Positions 1 through 12,303 are shown, numbered from the stretch's first letter. The stretch: DNA of 64,000 nt from Anthoceros angustus (GCA_010909165.1 MU008209.1:124001-188000), one strand, 5' to 3'. The notes: generated by a model not told the origin, from the sequence alone. Made by a program: numbers and translations.

Positions 1-1972
1 TAGAGGAGTCAAGTGTATGATTTTGGAAATGAGGCCAATTTCCACGGTCCGAATCGTTCTTGAGATCCGTAAAGTGGATAAAACCGCCTTGTGTGCTTAG
101 TTCGAGAACCAAGACAAGGGTGATGTTGCCATCGAGGCACCCCGCCACTCCGGTGTGACTCTTATTTGTATGGTGGATCGGAGGTTAGGCGGTCTGGAGT
201 CTGTGAGTCGCTCCCGATCAGGAGAAGACCTTCATGAATCCGGAGCAGGCGTGATAGGCGCCAACTCACTGAGGTCGATGATGGGCCGTGGCTTGGGGGC
301 TAGGCGGACGATTCCACTGTATGTCCGGGAAGATGCATGAGGTTATGGTAGGAGAATACGAGACGAGCCATTGTGCCAAGCTTGGGGGGCAAAGTTTTAG
401 GACTTCATAGAGAGCTGCATCCCGGTCTAGTTTCCCATCCCCTTTCTGGATACATGTGGAGATCTCTTTGAGTTGGTTGATGAAGGTTCAGGGCCCTTCA
501 AGCTCGAGATCTTGTAGTATTGTCTCTGCAACGCATACAGGGGTGAAAGCAGAAGGAAGGGTGAGCTCCTTCCTCACCACAGTCTTTGTCCTTGACATTC
601 GCCACCCAATAACAAGAGTGGCCAGGCCTGGCCTCTAGTTCGAGCCGGCCCTAGAAACCATTGTGGAACCCACGGTCTTGCTAGTATCTCGTTTATCCGG
701 ACGGATGGGGACTCCGTTTGAAGGAGCGAGTTGGATCGGGCGCCCTAATGGGAGGTTACCTTGAGGCATTGAGAGGGGCCAATGTTTTGCAAGTATCTTC
801 GTGCTAGGTCATTGAGTAGAGAGCGGACCTTGAGCTCGAGGAGCTCCATGGTGGTGTAGTCAGCCGAGTTCCTTTGCAAGCGTCTCCATAAAGCATTTGA
901 TCATCGAAGGAGGCTTGTGACTTGTTTTCGAAAGCTTCCAACATTGTTCGGGTCGGGTCTGCACGTGAGGGCGATAGGGGAGAAGGTGAACCCTTCTGCT
1001 CGTTCCACTTGTGGCTCTAGTGCCAACTCCCCCAATGCGGGCTCGAGAGGAGTGTGAGGGCGTCGGTAACGGGACACATAGAGTACCCTCTTCTTTTGTT
1101 GAGTGTCGATCCATCTCTCTTTCAAGACGGACAGGAGAGCCTCGGCCATGGGAAGGGGCGAGGTGGTCATTGGTCCAAAGGGGCTCAAGGTCCCAGCCTT
1201 GAGGCCTCAGCTATATACAAGGGGCGTAACCTTGGGCGGGGTCCTCCTTGGGCCTGTGGTTGTGATGCCCACCCTAGGGGAGCGTGTTGCCTTCTTGTTA
1301 TCCTTTCCCATATTGTTCTTATCTCGGGAGAGGAGGCGGGGCGGGATGAGGCGGGATCGGGAGGCTCTTGGTCCCAAGGACTCGAACTTGCCCTCCCTTC
1401 CCGCACATTTCTCGATTGGTTGCAACTCTCAAAGGGTTCTTGTCTCACCGGTCGAGAGTCCAAGGGGTTTCGGCTTGGTTGTGGGACCTTGAGTCTTGAC
1501 CCTTTCTCTTCCTTCAACTTTCATCATCTATGCTTTTTGGGGCGGTTCGTCCTTCCTCCGAGTGTGGAGTCATGTCTCACAGGGGCAGGCGTATCTACCC
1601 TGTTTGAGCACATTTCTCGATTGTTCTAGTGTCTCATATGTTTTAATAGGAGATCCTTGTTATGAGTAGTCACCCTAGATTGTTTGGGCCATCTCATCAG
1701 GAGGGAAGGGACTTCTCCTTCACTCTTATCCATGGTTCCATGTTAAGTAGTTCGGGAGACTTAGTGCGAAGCCTTGGCGCCATGTCCCGAAGAGTGCAAG
1801 CAGGCTTGGAAGAGTGCACTTCTCTCCCGGCGGGTAAACCGCAGCGTGAGTTAGCTCGTCCAAGCGAGACCAGCCAGCCAAGGAGGCGCAGACCAAGTGT
1901 ATATACGCCGGAATTGAGACTCGACACAAAGTTGGATCAAGTCAACCGTTGTTGAGCGCCAGGACATCGGCG
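1..1972 (-). mobile_element. Non-LTR retrotransposon (NeSL/HERO-like RT), 5' portion, cut by the window edge
   Basis: Homologous to 9240-11335. 1-ca.850 is near-identical to 19695-20550. Confidence 0.8.
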
Positions 1973-2083
1973 CTAACCCCGACCCGTCACAACGCGGTCT
2001 AATCCCAACCCTCATGTTGCCTATTGGGTGAACAATCCAATACTTGGTGAATTCTTTCAACACAATGATAGGAAGAGTTGATA
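1973..2083 (-). rRNA. Degenerate 28S rDNA fragment (domain V, H89-H93) abutting the retroelement 5' end
   Basis: The reverse complement matches the conserved LSU sequence CTCTTCCTATCATTGTG..GAATTCACCAAG..TTGGATTGTTCACCCA..AATAGG..GAGCTGGGTTTAGACCGTCGTGAGAC. Confidence 0.9.
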
Positions 2084-2099
2084 AAACTCTTCGCGTATC

Positions 2100-2919
2100 A
2101 ACTCGATTGTTAATCATTCCGAGAATAAAATTCGTTTGCGCTTTCTAACGTCATAACGCTTTGTGGATTGGAATATGTCAACAGCTATACTCTCATTCCT
2201 ATACTCTCACTAGTAGTCATTCCGAGAGAATAAAATTAATTACGCTTCTAACGCCATAACGTTAGTGGTTGCATATCTCAACAAGCTGCAGCAAACGTGG
2301 CTCCATCAATGTGATGTAGTGTGACTTTGTCAAGGCCGAAATAAGAATGTGAAGTGCAAGCTGTCTTGTTTGATTCAAGAGTCGAGGCGGAAGAAGGACT
2401 AGAAGGCCGTTGTACAATGCCATCCACTATGCCAAGCAAGTCACGAGTGTTGAGCATGGGCAAGCGACGCTTGCTCCATATCTCAAACTTTGTGCCGTCA
2501 AATAGTCTTTTCTTTGAATTTAAGTAAAATTCATATAATTAATAATTGGTGTAGGTGGCATCGTCATAGGAGAGGACGTCGATGCCATTGTTGATGATCA
2601 AGCTATAATATGATAATATAAAAGAAGTTTATGACCAGAGAAGGCGTCTAATATAGTTATATAAAAAGCTTGATAAGCAAAATTACTATGAAAACAAAGA
2701 TTAAAGTCAAATAGCCCGATTGAACTATGCCCACGATCACTTGGGGCAAGATTGTAGCAAAGTCTTTGACTGCGTGTGAGTGATTGCACCAACTCGGCGG
2801 CGAAGATGATCCCAAAGATGGCGACACTCCAATTGGAATGTTCAACTCTTGAGCGATGCACTTGCTTGCTCATAAAGATAGCCCAGTGGCGATGTTGTCA
2901 AATAGTCATTCCAATGGAT
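2100..2919 (-). mobile_element. Ty1/Copia remnant (5' region plus gag N-terminus) inserted in the 28S relic
   Basis: Translation gives MASTSSP..FEIWS..MLNTRDLLGIVDGIVQRP..LHHIDGATFAAA..EFYSLGM, a UBN2/gag-like pattern. It sits between two collinear 28S pieces. Confidence 0.65.
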
Positions 2920-3200
2920 GGATCAAAGAGACGTTGCTATGAGCGCTTAGGCGCCAAGCGTTATCCACATGGTAACTTTTCTAATACGTCTAGCTTCAAA
3001 TTCGAAACTAAAGGATCAATAGGCCATGCTTTAGTTTGAATTCGTACTGAAAATCAAAATCAAATGAGCTTTTACCCTTTTGTTCCATACGAGATTTCTA
3101 TTTTCGTTGAGCTCAAAAGGATTTCTATCTTAGGACACCTCGTTGGTCCGATTTGGCTGGCGCGACACATGTGTTCGGCACATATGTTAAAAGATAACGC
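2920..3200 (-). rRNA. Degenerate 28S rDNA fragment (2920-3140 minus; 3152-3200 inverted P-loop piece on plus)
   Basis: Reverse complement matches AGGTGTCCTAAGAT..GAGCTCAACGA..GGAACAAAAGGGTAAAAGCTC..AAAGTTACCA..GGATAAC..TTTGATCC. The plus strand carries TTTGGCTGG..CGGCACAT.TGTTAAAAGATAACGC. Confidence 0.9.
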
Positions 3201-3227
3201 GCAAGAAGCACGCCTTAAGATCGGAAG

Positions 3228-3345
3228 CGGGGTAAAGCCCGCCTCCACCTCATGGAATAAATAAAATAACGTTAAAAGTAGTGGTAAGGGGCAAAGCCCC
3301 GCACCACCTCATGAAATAAATAAAATAACGTTACAAATAGTGGTA
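3228..3345. repeat. About 60-bp tandem repeat with a GGGGCAAAGCCCC hairpin (2 copies; also 12613-12732, 25746-25863; 3 copies at 38397-38580)
   Basis: The unit ggggcaaagccccgcctccacctcatggaataaataaaataacgttaaaagtagtg is directly visible. Confidence 0.85.
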
Positions 3346-3793
3346 TTTCACTTGCGCCTACGGCTCCCACTTATTCTACACCTCTTAAAGTCATTTCGCA
3401 ATGATTGCATGCCGCCATGCCTTCGTTTTATATTACCCTGTGAGCTCAAGGGTTTTCAGAGACGGCGCCTGTTGGGAATACCCTGCAAGAGGACGACCTA
3501 GTTTGCACACTCGCATAAGAACGTCCAATCGTTGGACCGGAAACCGCGGTGAAACCACGGGAGAAACTAGGAGAGGCAACTTCGAATACGTTAACAGGAA
3601 ACTACGAAGAGGCATGGAGAGAGACCAAATCAGAAACGTGCCACAGGAACTTCGTGGAATAACAGGACGGATAGAAGGACACGACGGAGGAGAGCTTACA
3701 AATTGCAGCCTAGCAAGTGTAGGAAGGAGGAGGTTGAATTGTAGAGTGCATCATTCATCGCTGCAGATCGAGTCGCCGATCGGAGCGGACAAC

Positions 3794-3876
3794 ATGACGC
3801 GCATCAACTACTTCGCGGAGCCATCTGAATCGGAGGCCAATGCACTCCGTTTCACGCTCCGGGAGGTGTGCTACGT
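3794..3876 (+). pseudogene. Duplicated BAHD 5' end (first 28 codons plus upstream region) fused to a GRDP fragment
   Basis: MTRINYFAEPSESEANALRFTLREVCYV matches the intact gene at 39028. Similarity ends after GTGCTACGT. Confidence 0.9.
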
Positions 3877-4762
3877 CTTCCAGATAGAAGAGGGGTCTGA
3901 AAGAGGTTGTAGTGACCGCCGTCTTGGTTCGTGTGACTTGGTGGACTCATCGTTTCGGACACAAATTTGCGTTAAGTATGACTGAAAATTGAGAGATTCT
4001 TTCGAGAGATCCTTCGTCTGGCCATGAACGTCCCGACCGTTGGGCTTCAGGTGTCTCGTGCTTACATGACGAACGCAAGGTTTCTGATAGTCTCCTACAT
4101 CTGGGTCGTGTGAAATAATCCAGCCAGGCAGGCGAGGTGTTTCTGGTGCCCACCTACGACATCGATCTCTTCTGGCACGCACATCAGCTGAGTCCTGTGG
4201 CTTATCAGGCTGACACGACGGCGATTTTGGGAAGAATCTTCAACCACGATGACACTGACGAAACCAGACCCAAAAGTCGTCGAACTGTGTCGATTCCAGC
4301 CAGGTAGTTAGGACTTGGAAATCTTGCAGGAGTTTTGTGTCCACTCTCGGGAGTTGTGCTGCCATGACCATGAACCAGGTCCAAAATCTAAAACGGCACA
4401 TGAAAAGCACAGAAATGACAAAGAGTAGGGAACCATTAGCATGGCGAGGAGACACCATGTGGGCTGGTTTTCGGCTTCTCAAGAAGGACGGCATGCTCAG
4501 CAAGCTCACGGCCTCCAAGCAAATTGGCGCACTGTCTATCTCGTGGAAGGAGCTGCTGGCTTCTCCAACCTTATCATTTGACAAGAGTTTTCCACTTTTG
4601 TCACCTAGACCAGGCGGAGGAGACTTGAAACCTGCTGCTCAGCGTCTTTCAGTCTCTGTGACTCCACCGACGAAAGGGCCATACCATCTTCGAACGGAAG
4701 CTCTGAGGCATGCCACGGATGATGATGGGCTTACTGTCATTTCCGGCCATCCATCATCAGGA
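3877..4762 (+). pseudogene. Glycine-rich domain protein (GRDP/DUF1399) fragment with a ca. 1.5-kb internal deletion
   Basis: Motifs QVSRAYM..FLVPTYDIDLFWHAHQLSPVAY..HDDTD and IGALSISWKELL..LRLSVSVTPP..PYHLR..TDDDG. The deletion junction near 4258 has TGA microhomology relative to copy 2. Confidence 0.8.
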
Positions 4763-4764
4763 AT

Positions 4765-6723
4765 TCTCAAAAGGGTAGATGGATCCTGTTGTGCAATATG
4801 CTCATTCCTTTCTCCCACCAGAAATCTATGTACCTGCTTTTTCACCTCCATAGTCGCCACAGCAGGTTTCTTGCTAGCTCCTGCTACCATTCTTTGTGTT
4901 TCAATCCTGTCTACAACGGTCCACATACCTGCATCTGCATAGGCGTTAGCCATGAGCACATATGCTGACGCCCGCTGAGGGTCCAGCCTAACAATGCTTT
5001 CCAAACACCACATCGCCTCTCTATATCCCCGTGACTTTTGCAGGCATTCAACAAAGACCTTAAGCCCACAACATTACTTTGGCCCTCACATGACAACAGC
5101 ATCTTCTCAGCCTCATCTAAATGGCCCGCACGCCCAAGAAGATCAATCATGCAATTGTAATGCTCAATAGTAGGTTCGATGCCATGCTGTTCAGCCATGG
5201 AATCGAAGTGCCGACCCCCTGGACCAGTCCCTCATGACTGCATGCTGCTAGAAGACAAATAAAAGTAGCACCATCAGGCTGAATGCCATCAACTAACATC
5301 TCCTCAAAACAAGCTAGGGCATTCTGACCATCGTCACAAATACCATACCCAGATATCAGGGCATTCCATGTGACCACATCCTTGGTGTTCAAGCTGTCAA
5401 AAACCTGGCGTGCATCTTCTAGTTCGCCACATTTTGTATACATGTCCACAAGGCAGTCACCCAACACTACGTCATCTAGCAGTCCTCTCTCAACAATCTG
5501 TGAGTGCTGCTTGCCCTTCTGTAAGGCACCAGTGCTTGCACAGGCCTTCAGAAGGCAAGAAACCTACAATGGTCAGCCAAAATCAGGCCCTCCTTCTCCA
5601 TTTGCCCATACAGACCAAGCGCCTCATGTCCAAGACCTTGCTGGGCATACCCAGCAATCAATGCCGTCCAAGTCACCACATTCTTAGTCGCCATGCTGTA
5701 GAATACCTGGCGTGCATCTTCCAGTTCACCACATCTTACATACCCATCAATCAAAGCATTCCATGTCACCACATCCTTTGTGTTCATGCTGTCAAAAACA
5801 TCGCATGCATCTTTCGGTTCGCCACATTTTTGCATACATGTCCACCAGGAAGGTACCAACGAACAAATTGAGAGGAATGCCACTGATACATCAAAGTGCA
5901 CCTTTCAGACTCCAAGTCAGCGGCAAATGCACAAGCTTGAAGGGCTGCTATGAAGACGCGAGCATCCGCTTTCACTCCTGACCTACGCATCTCATGGTAC
6001 AGTTGTATGGCCTCACCAGGCTTCCCATGCTTGGAGTAGGCAGAGATGATGGAAAACCACATGAAGGCATCTGGTTTAATTGCCCACCCTGGTGAACACA
6101 TCCATGGCCTCCTCTAGTCTACCTCCACGTGCATACATGCGCAAGATATGGTTCCCTCAAGTATGCATCCGACTCGTACCCGAGGTTAATAGTGAGGTCA
6201 TGAACTCGTCGCCCTAAAACAAGATCCTTCTTAGCTGTACACAGTTCCAGCAGAGTGTAAACCAGAGACCGAAATAGCAAAGTCTGTCAGCGCCAGAGAA
6301 TCCAGGGCTCCAACGGCCTCCAAAGCTTCCCATGCTGACATGACGTGCTCACGGTTACAGCAGTGACGACGCCCATTTCCGATTCTTCACGACTGCCAGG
6401 TTCAGGCTTATCCGGAGACCTGGACTCGGAGGAAGAGGTACCATGACCCATCAGCATATCTAAGGGAACGAGCTACTCATCAACCCAACCTGGCTTAAAC
6501 CTGTTTACCCACAGCACCTCCCCGGACCCGCCATCGCTGGATACCCGTCTCCACCCACGTATTCTCTCGCAAATGGAAATGCTCGGCTCCTTACACTGCT
6601 GCACCTGGAGGCTTGCTTGTTTGCCGGGAGATGAGCCCCTGAGGTGAGGTGAGCGGGAGCTCCTCGTACAACCCCTGTCCACACACCAATTTGTTGGGTC
6701 CACAGGAGTCCCCGCCGTCGCAT
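4765..6723 (-). pseudogene. PLS-class PPR pseudogene with E1/E2 and a truncated DYW:KP domain, copy 1
   Basis: PLS motifs, HYNCMIDLLGRAG, then KKPAVATMEV..VHRFLVGE, after which it runs into the GRDP fragment. An in-frame TAG (6473) and a frameshift near 6080 are shared by all three copies. Confidence 0.9.
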
Positions 6724-6885
6724 CGCCTGATCAGCCTGAGCGAGAACTGACACGCCGCAAGGCAATTGCAAGTGCAAATGGCGAACAGAATGGAGATTGC
6801 GGAGTGGCTTTCGAGCTACCTTGAGAATGAACTATCTTAGTGGCTTTCGAGCTACGTTGAAAATGAACTATCTTACCTTTCTATA

Positions 6886-7227
6886 ACCATGGATTACTGC
6901 AGTGGTATGTCTAGGTGCGTAGGGTGGATAGGTTTCGGGTTCATACCTCACAATCCCCCATCATTTTAAGGGTCCCCACCACACTCGGATATGCTAGAGC
7001 CGTCAGATCCGGACGGGGTTGGGACTTGACGGACCTGTTACCGCTAGGGCTGAACGGAACCAGGATCGGACGGAGCCGTTGGGACGGAACAGGCTCCTTA
7101 GGACTGAATGGGACCAACCATGGATTATTCCAGTGGTTTGTCTAGGTGCGTAGGGTGGATAGGTTTTGGGTTCATACCTCACAATCCCCTCTTATCATTT
7201 TAAGGGTCCCCACCACACTAGATATGA
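6886..7227. repeat. Pair of ca. 108-bp direct repeats around a ca. 125-bp spacer (also 17742-18084 and 30870-31214)
   Basis: ccatggatta..gtctaggtgcgtagggtggatagg..ttaagggtccccaccacact..gatatg occurs at 6886-6992 and 7117-7227. Confidence 0.85.
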
Positions 7228-7351
7228 ATTATTCATTAAGGATTAAAATTATTAAGTTAAGAATTCAAATTATCCATTAAGAAATACCCGACCTCATCCT
7301 AAATCCGCACCAATCAAGGTATGGCTTGAACCTAGAAACAATGTCTTTCTA

Positions 7352-8056
7352 ACCGTTGTTTTGAAAGCGTTGTTTTGGAGCGTTGTTTTGGAGCGTTGTT
7401 TTGGAGCGTTGTTTTGGAGCGTTGTTTTGGAGCCGTTATTTTGGAGCGTTGTTTTGGAGCGTTGTTTTGGAGCGTTGTTTTGGGCGTTGTTTTGGAGCGT
7501 TGTTTTGAGCGTTGTTTTGGAGCGTTGTTTTGGAGTGCCCAAATGATGAAACCGGCCGTGTTCGGATGCAAAATGTAGTAGTGAAACCGCCGTCGTGTTC
7601 GGATGCAAAAATGTAATAAAGCCCTTTTTTTGCAAAATGTAGTAGTGAAAGCGTTGTTTTTGCAAAATGTAGTGAAAGTTGTTTCGGGTGCAAATAGTAG
7701 TGAAAGCGGAGTTGTTTTCGAGTGCAAAATGTAGTAGTGAAAGGGCTGCTTTGGGGTGCAAAAGGTAATCGAAAGCGGCCGCTATTTTCGGTGCAAAAGG
7801 TAGCGGTGGCGCCATTGTTTTCGAATGTAGTGAAAAATTATTTTCATGTGCAAAATGTAGTAGTGAAAGCAGCTTTGATTTTAAAGAAAAGGTAGTAGTA
7901 AAAGTGGCCGTTGTTTGTGAAAGGTAGTAAAAAGTGGCCGTTGTTTTCGGGTGCAAAAGGTAGTAGTGAAAGCGGCCGTTTGTTTTGGGGTGCAAAATGT
8001 AGTAGTGAAAGCGGTCGTTGTTTTCGGATGCAAAATGTAGTAGTGAAGCGGCCGTG
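7352..8056. repeat. Compound minisatellite: 13-bp (cgttgttttggag)n followed by 38-bp (tgcaaaatgtagtagtgaaagcggccgttgttttcggg)n
   Basis: Directly visible. The periods are echoed by 13-aa and 38-aa repeats in the spurious ORFs. Confidence 0.95.
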
Positions 8057-11000
8057 CGGGGAAGCTGCAGAACGCGCTTGCCTTGTACATAGAGTTCTCC
8101 TTGGAGCTCGGATCCATGCGCCTTCAATCCTCACTATCCGCACTTTGTTATTTCGAATTCCATTCCCACCTAGTCGTAGTAGGCGGACTTCCGAAGGACC
8201 ATTACTTGGATGTCGCTCCAAGTACTGGAAATTTGAGCCCATTATCCACATAGTCCACCCCGTGGATCGCGATATCCATCGAATCGGGCAGCCTGCTCCA
8301 CCCATTTGGAGGGTGTCCGCCGAATGTGAGTAGAGTGGAGGTTCTTTGGGGATACCTCGTGAGATGAGGATTTCATTGGAGTGCTTTGGCCCTTGACGAG
8401 ACGCATCACGCCGCCGGACGGTCTCAAACCACATAGCTTTGAGCGAGGGGTGGAGAGGGTATCCTCGCGATCTATCGCGACCTATCACGCACGAGCGTGA
8501 GGCGGTATCCCTCGCGACGGCGTGAGAGGGCTTATAGTGTTCCCTTGGGGATGCCACGAGATATGAGGATCTCCTCCGAGGTATTTTGGCCTTTGAGGAG
8601 GCGCATCTTGCCTCGACGGTTTCAAGCTATTTGATCTTGAGCGATGAGTGTAGAAGGGTCAAGTGTATGATTTTAGAAATGAGGCCAATTTCAACTCAAT
8701 GCGCTTTTGAGATCCGTAAAGTAGACAAAAACCGCCTTGTGTGCTCGGCGGGTGTGTTTGAGAACCAGGGCAAGGGTGATGTTGCCATCGAGGCACCCTG
8801 CCACTCCGGGTGTGACTCTTATTTGTATGGTGGACCGGAGGTTGAAGAGGTCTATGTCGTTGTGAGTCGCTACCGCGATCAGGCTGGAGAATACCTTCAT
8901 GAATACTAGGAGCAGCGTGATAAGGCACCACCTCTGAGGTCTGATGAGGGCCTGGGGGCTGAGGCTGCGGCCAGATGTCCCCACTATGGGAATATGAGGG
9001 TTATTTGGTAGGAGAATACGACGTAGCCATTGTGTGTCAAGCTTGGGGCAAAGTTTTAGGACTTCATAGGAGAGCTGCCACCCGGTCCTCGTTCCCTCGT
9101 GACTAATGTGAGAGGGCTTATAGTGTTCACTTGGTGGATGCCACGAGATATGAGGATCTCCTCCGAGGTGTTTTGGCCTTTGAGGAGGCATCTTCCTCCT
9201 CGATCGGTTTCAAGCTATCCGATCTTGAGAGATGAGTGTAGAGGAGTCAAGTGTATGATTTTGGAAATGAGGCCAATTTCCACAGTCCCGAATGCGTTCT
9301 TGAGATCTGTAAAGTGGATAAAAACCGCCTTGTATGCTTAGCGGGCGTGTTCGAGAACCAAGACAAGGGTGATGTTGCCATCGAGGCACCCTGCCACTCC
9401 GGGTGTGACTCTTATTTGTATGGTGGATCGGAGGTTGAAGCGGTCTAGATCGTTGTGAGTCGCTCCCGCGATCAGGCTGGAGAAGACCTTCATGAATACC
9501 GGGAGCAGCGTGATAGGGCGCCAACTCTGAGGTCTGATGATGGGCCGCCGTGGCTTGGGGGCTAGGCGGACGATTCCCACTTTGAATGTCGGGAAGATGC
9601 GGCATGAGGTTATTTGGTAGGAGAATACGAGACGTAGCCATTGTGCCAAGCTTGGGGGGCAAAGTTTTAGGACTTCATAAGAGAGCTGCTCGTACCCTGG
9701 TCCTAGTTTCCCATCCCCTTTCGATACATGTGAGATCTCTTTAAGAGTTGGTGTGAAGGCTGGTTCTAAGGGCCCTTCACGGCTCCAGAGATCTTGTAGT
9801 ATTGTCTCGGCTGCAACGCCCTGGGGGGTGAAACCGACGGGGAAGGGGGTGAGCTCCTTCTCGGTCTGGTGCTGTCCTTGACATTGCGCCACCCAATATT
9901 CGGCAAGAGTGGCCATGTCCGCCTCTAGTTCGGGGGCCGTTTCGGCGGCCGGCCTAGAGAGCCATTTGTGGAACCTGCCACGGTCTTGCTAGTATCTCTC
10001 GTTATCTGGACTGTGGACCTGGTTTGAAGGAGCGAGTTCGGATCGCGTCCCTCGGAGGTTACCTTGAGGCATTGAGAGGGGCCAATGTTTGACCTGCAGT
10101 ATCTTCGGAGGTCATTGAGTAGAGAGCGGACCTTGAGCTCGAGGGAGCTCCATGGTGGTGTAGTCAGTTCCTTTGCGTCTCCATAAAGTATTTGATCATC
10201 GAGGAGGCTTGTGACTTGTTTTCGAAAGCTTCGAACATTGTTCGGTCAGATGCGTGAGGGCGATAGGGGAGAAGGTGAACCTTTCTGCTCGTTTCACTAG
10301 TGGCTCTAGTGCCAACTGCCCCAATGCGGGCTCGAGGGGTGAGGCGTCGTGAACACATAGAGTACCTCTTCTTTTGTTGAGTGTGTCGAGTGGTCCATTT
10401 CTCTTTTTGAGACGGGCGGGGAAAGCCTCGGTCATGGGAGGGGGTTGGCGAGGTGGTCATTGGTCCAAAGGGGGCTCAAGGTCCTAGGCCTTGAGGCCTC
10501 GTGGCTATATACAATAGGTGCATGACCTTGGGCGGGGTCCTCCCTGGGGCCTTGCGTGTAGTCGTGGTGCCCCACCCTGGGGAGAGGGGGGAGCGTGTTG
10601 CCTTCTTGTTATCCTTTCCCATATTGCTCTTATCTCGGGAGAGGAGGCGGGGCGGGCGGGATCGGGATCGGGAGGCTCTTGGTCCCAAGGACTCAGAACT
10701 TGCCTCTCCCCTTCCTGTCACATTTCTCGATTGGTTATATGTGCAACTCTCAAAGGGTTCTTGTCTCGGCTGGTCGAGAGTCCAAGGGGTTTCGGGTCTT
10801 GGTTGTGGGACCTTGAGTCTTGACCCCTTTCTCTCTTCCTTCAACTTTCATCATCTATGCTTTTTGGGTTCGTCCTTCCTCCGAGTGTGGAGTCATGTTA
10901 CGTCTTGCATGGGGGCAAGGCATTCTTACTCCTAGCACATTTCTCGATTGTTCTAGTGTCTCGTATGTTTTAATAGGAGATCCTTGTTCTCAGTAGTCAC

Positions 11001-11335
11001 CCTAGATTGTTTGGGCCATCTTACTGTGGGAGGGAAGGGGACTTCTCCCCTTCACTCTTATCCCAACAGTGGTTCCATGTTAAGTAGTTCGGGAGACTTA
11101 GTGCGAAGCCTTGGCGCCATGTCCCGAAGAGTGTGCAAGCAGGCTAGGCTTGGAAGAGTGCACTTCTCTCTCCCGGGCGGGTAAACCCTGCGCAGCGTGA
11201 GTTAGCTCGTCCCCAAGCGAGACCAGCAGCCAAGGGAGGCGCAGTAGACCAAGTGTATATCACTGCCGGGAATTGAGACTCCGACACAAAGTTGGATCAA
11301 GTCAACCGTTGTTGAGCGGCTAGGACATCGCGCCC
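8057..11335 (-). mobile_element. Degenerate non-LTR retrotransposon (NeSL/HERO-like RT), 5' leader to RT motif 7, with an internal RT duplication, 3'-truncated
   Basis: RT motifs GPGYEQLSYEVLK, WRPITLLPVFMKVFS, TPGVAGCLDG, FTDLKNAFGTV, ISRGIxQxNTISPL, VDYVDN and GMEFEITKC. Confidence 0.88.
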
Positions 11336-11446
11336 CTAACCTGACCTGTCTCACAACGGTCTAATCCCAGCTCATGTTGCCTATTGGTGGGTGAACAATC
11401 CAATACTTGGTGAATTCTTTCAACACAATGATAGGAAGAGTTGATA
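11336..11446 (-). rRNA. Degenerate 28S rDNA fragment (H89-H93) at the element 5' junction; best-preserved copy
   Basis: The reverse complement reads ..GGATTGTTCACCCACCAATAGGCAACATGAGCTGGGATTAGACCGTTGTGAGACAGGT, then element sequence. Confidence 0.92.
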
Positions 11447-11464
11447 AAACTCTTCGTATCATTG

Positions 11465-12303
11465 GACTCTCATTGTTAATCATTCCGAGAGAATAAAATT
11501 CGTTGCACACAGTTTCTAACGTCATAACGTTTGTGGATTGGAATATGTCAACAGGCTATACTCTCATTCCTATACTCTCACTAGTAGTCATTCCGAGAGA
11601 ATAAAATTAATTACGCTTCTAACGCCATAACGTTAGTGGTTGCATATCTCAACAAGCTGCAGCAAACGTGGCTCCATCAATGTGATGTAGTGTGACTTTG
11701 TCAAGGCCAAATAAGAATGTGAAGTGCAAGCCCTTGTTTGATTCAAGAGTCGAGAGCGGAAGAAGGACTAGAAGGCCGTTGTACAATGCCATCCACTATG
11801 CCAAGCAAGTCACGTGTTGAGCATGGGAACGCGTCACTCCATATCTCAAACTTTGTGCTCAAAATAGTCTTTTCTTTGAATTGAGAAGTAAAATTCATAT
11901 AATTAATAATTGGTGTAGGTGGCATCGTCATAGGAGAGGACGTCGATGCCATTGTTCTGATGATCAAGCTATAATATGATAATATAAAAGAAGTAAGTTA
12001 TGACTGTAGCCGAGAGGGCGTCTAATATAGTTATATAAAAAAGCTTGATAAGCAAAATTATTATGAAAACAAAGATTAAAGTCAAATAGCCCAGTGAACT
12101 ATGCGACGATCACTTGGGGCAAAGACTGTAGCAAGGTGCTAAACTGCGTGAGCAGCTGATTGCACCAACTCGGAGAGCTGATGAAGATGATTCCAAAGAT
12201 GATGACACTCCAATTGGAATGTTCAACTCTTGAGCAGTAGCACTTGCTTGCTCATAAAGATAGCGCTGAGTGGCGATGTTGTCAAATAGTCATTCCAATG
12301 GAT
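11465..12303 (-). mobile_element. Ty1/Copia gag remnant
   Basis: Copy of 2100-2919 (ORF 11743..11967, TRDLLGIVDGIVQRP). Confidence 0.65.

Noticed and set aside
7294-8127. 277-aa and other repetitive ORFs (also at 18114-18588 and 31244-31698)
   Set aside because: They are translations of the 13-bp and 38-bp minisatellites, open in several frames.
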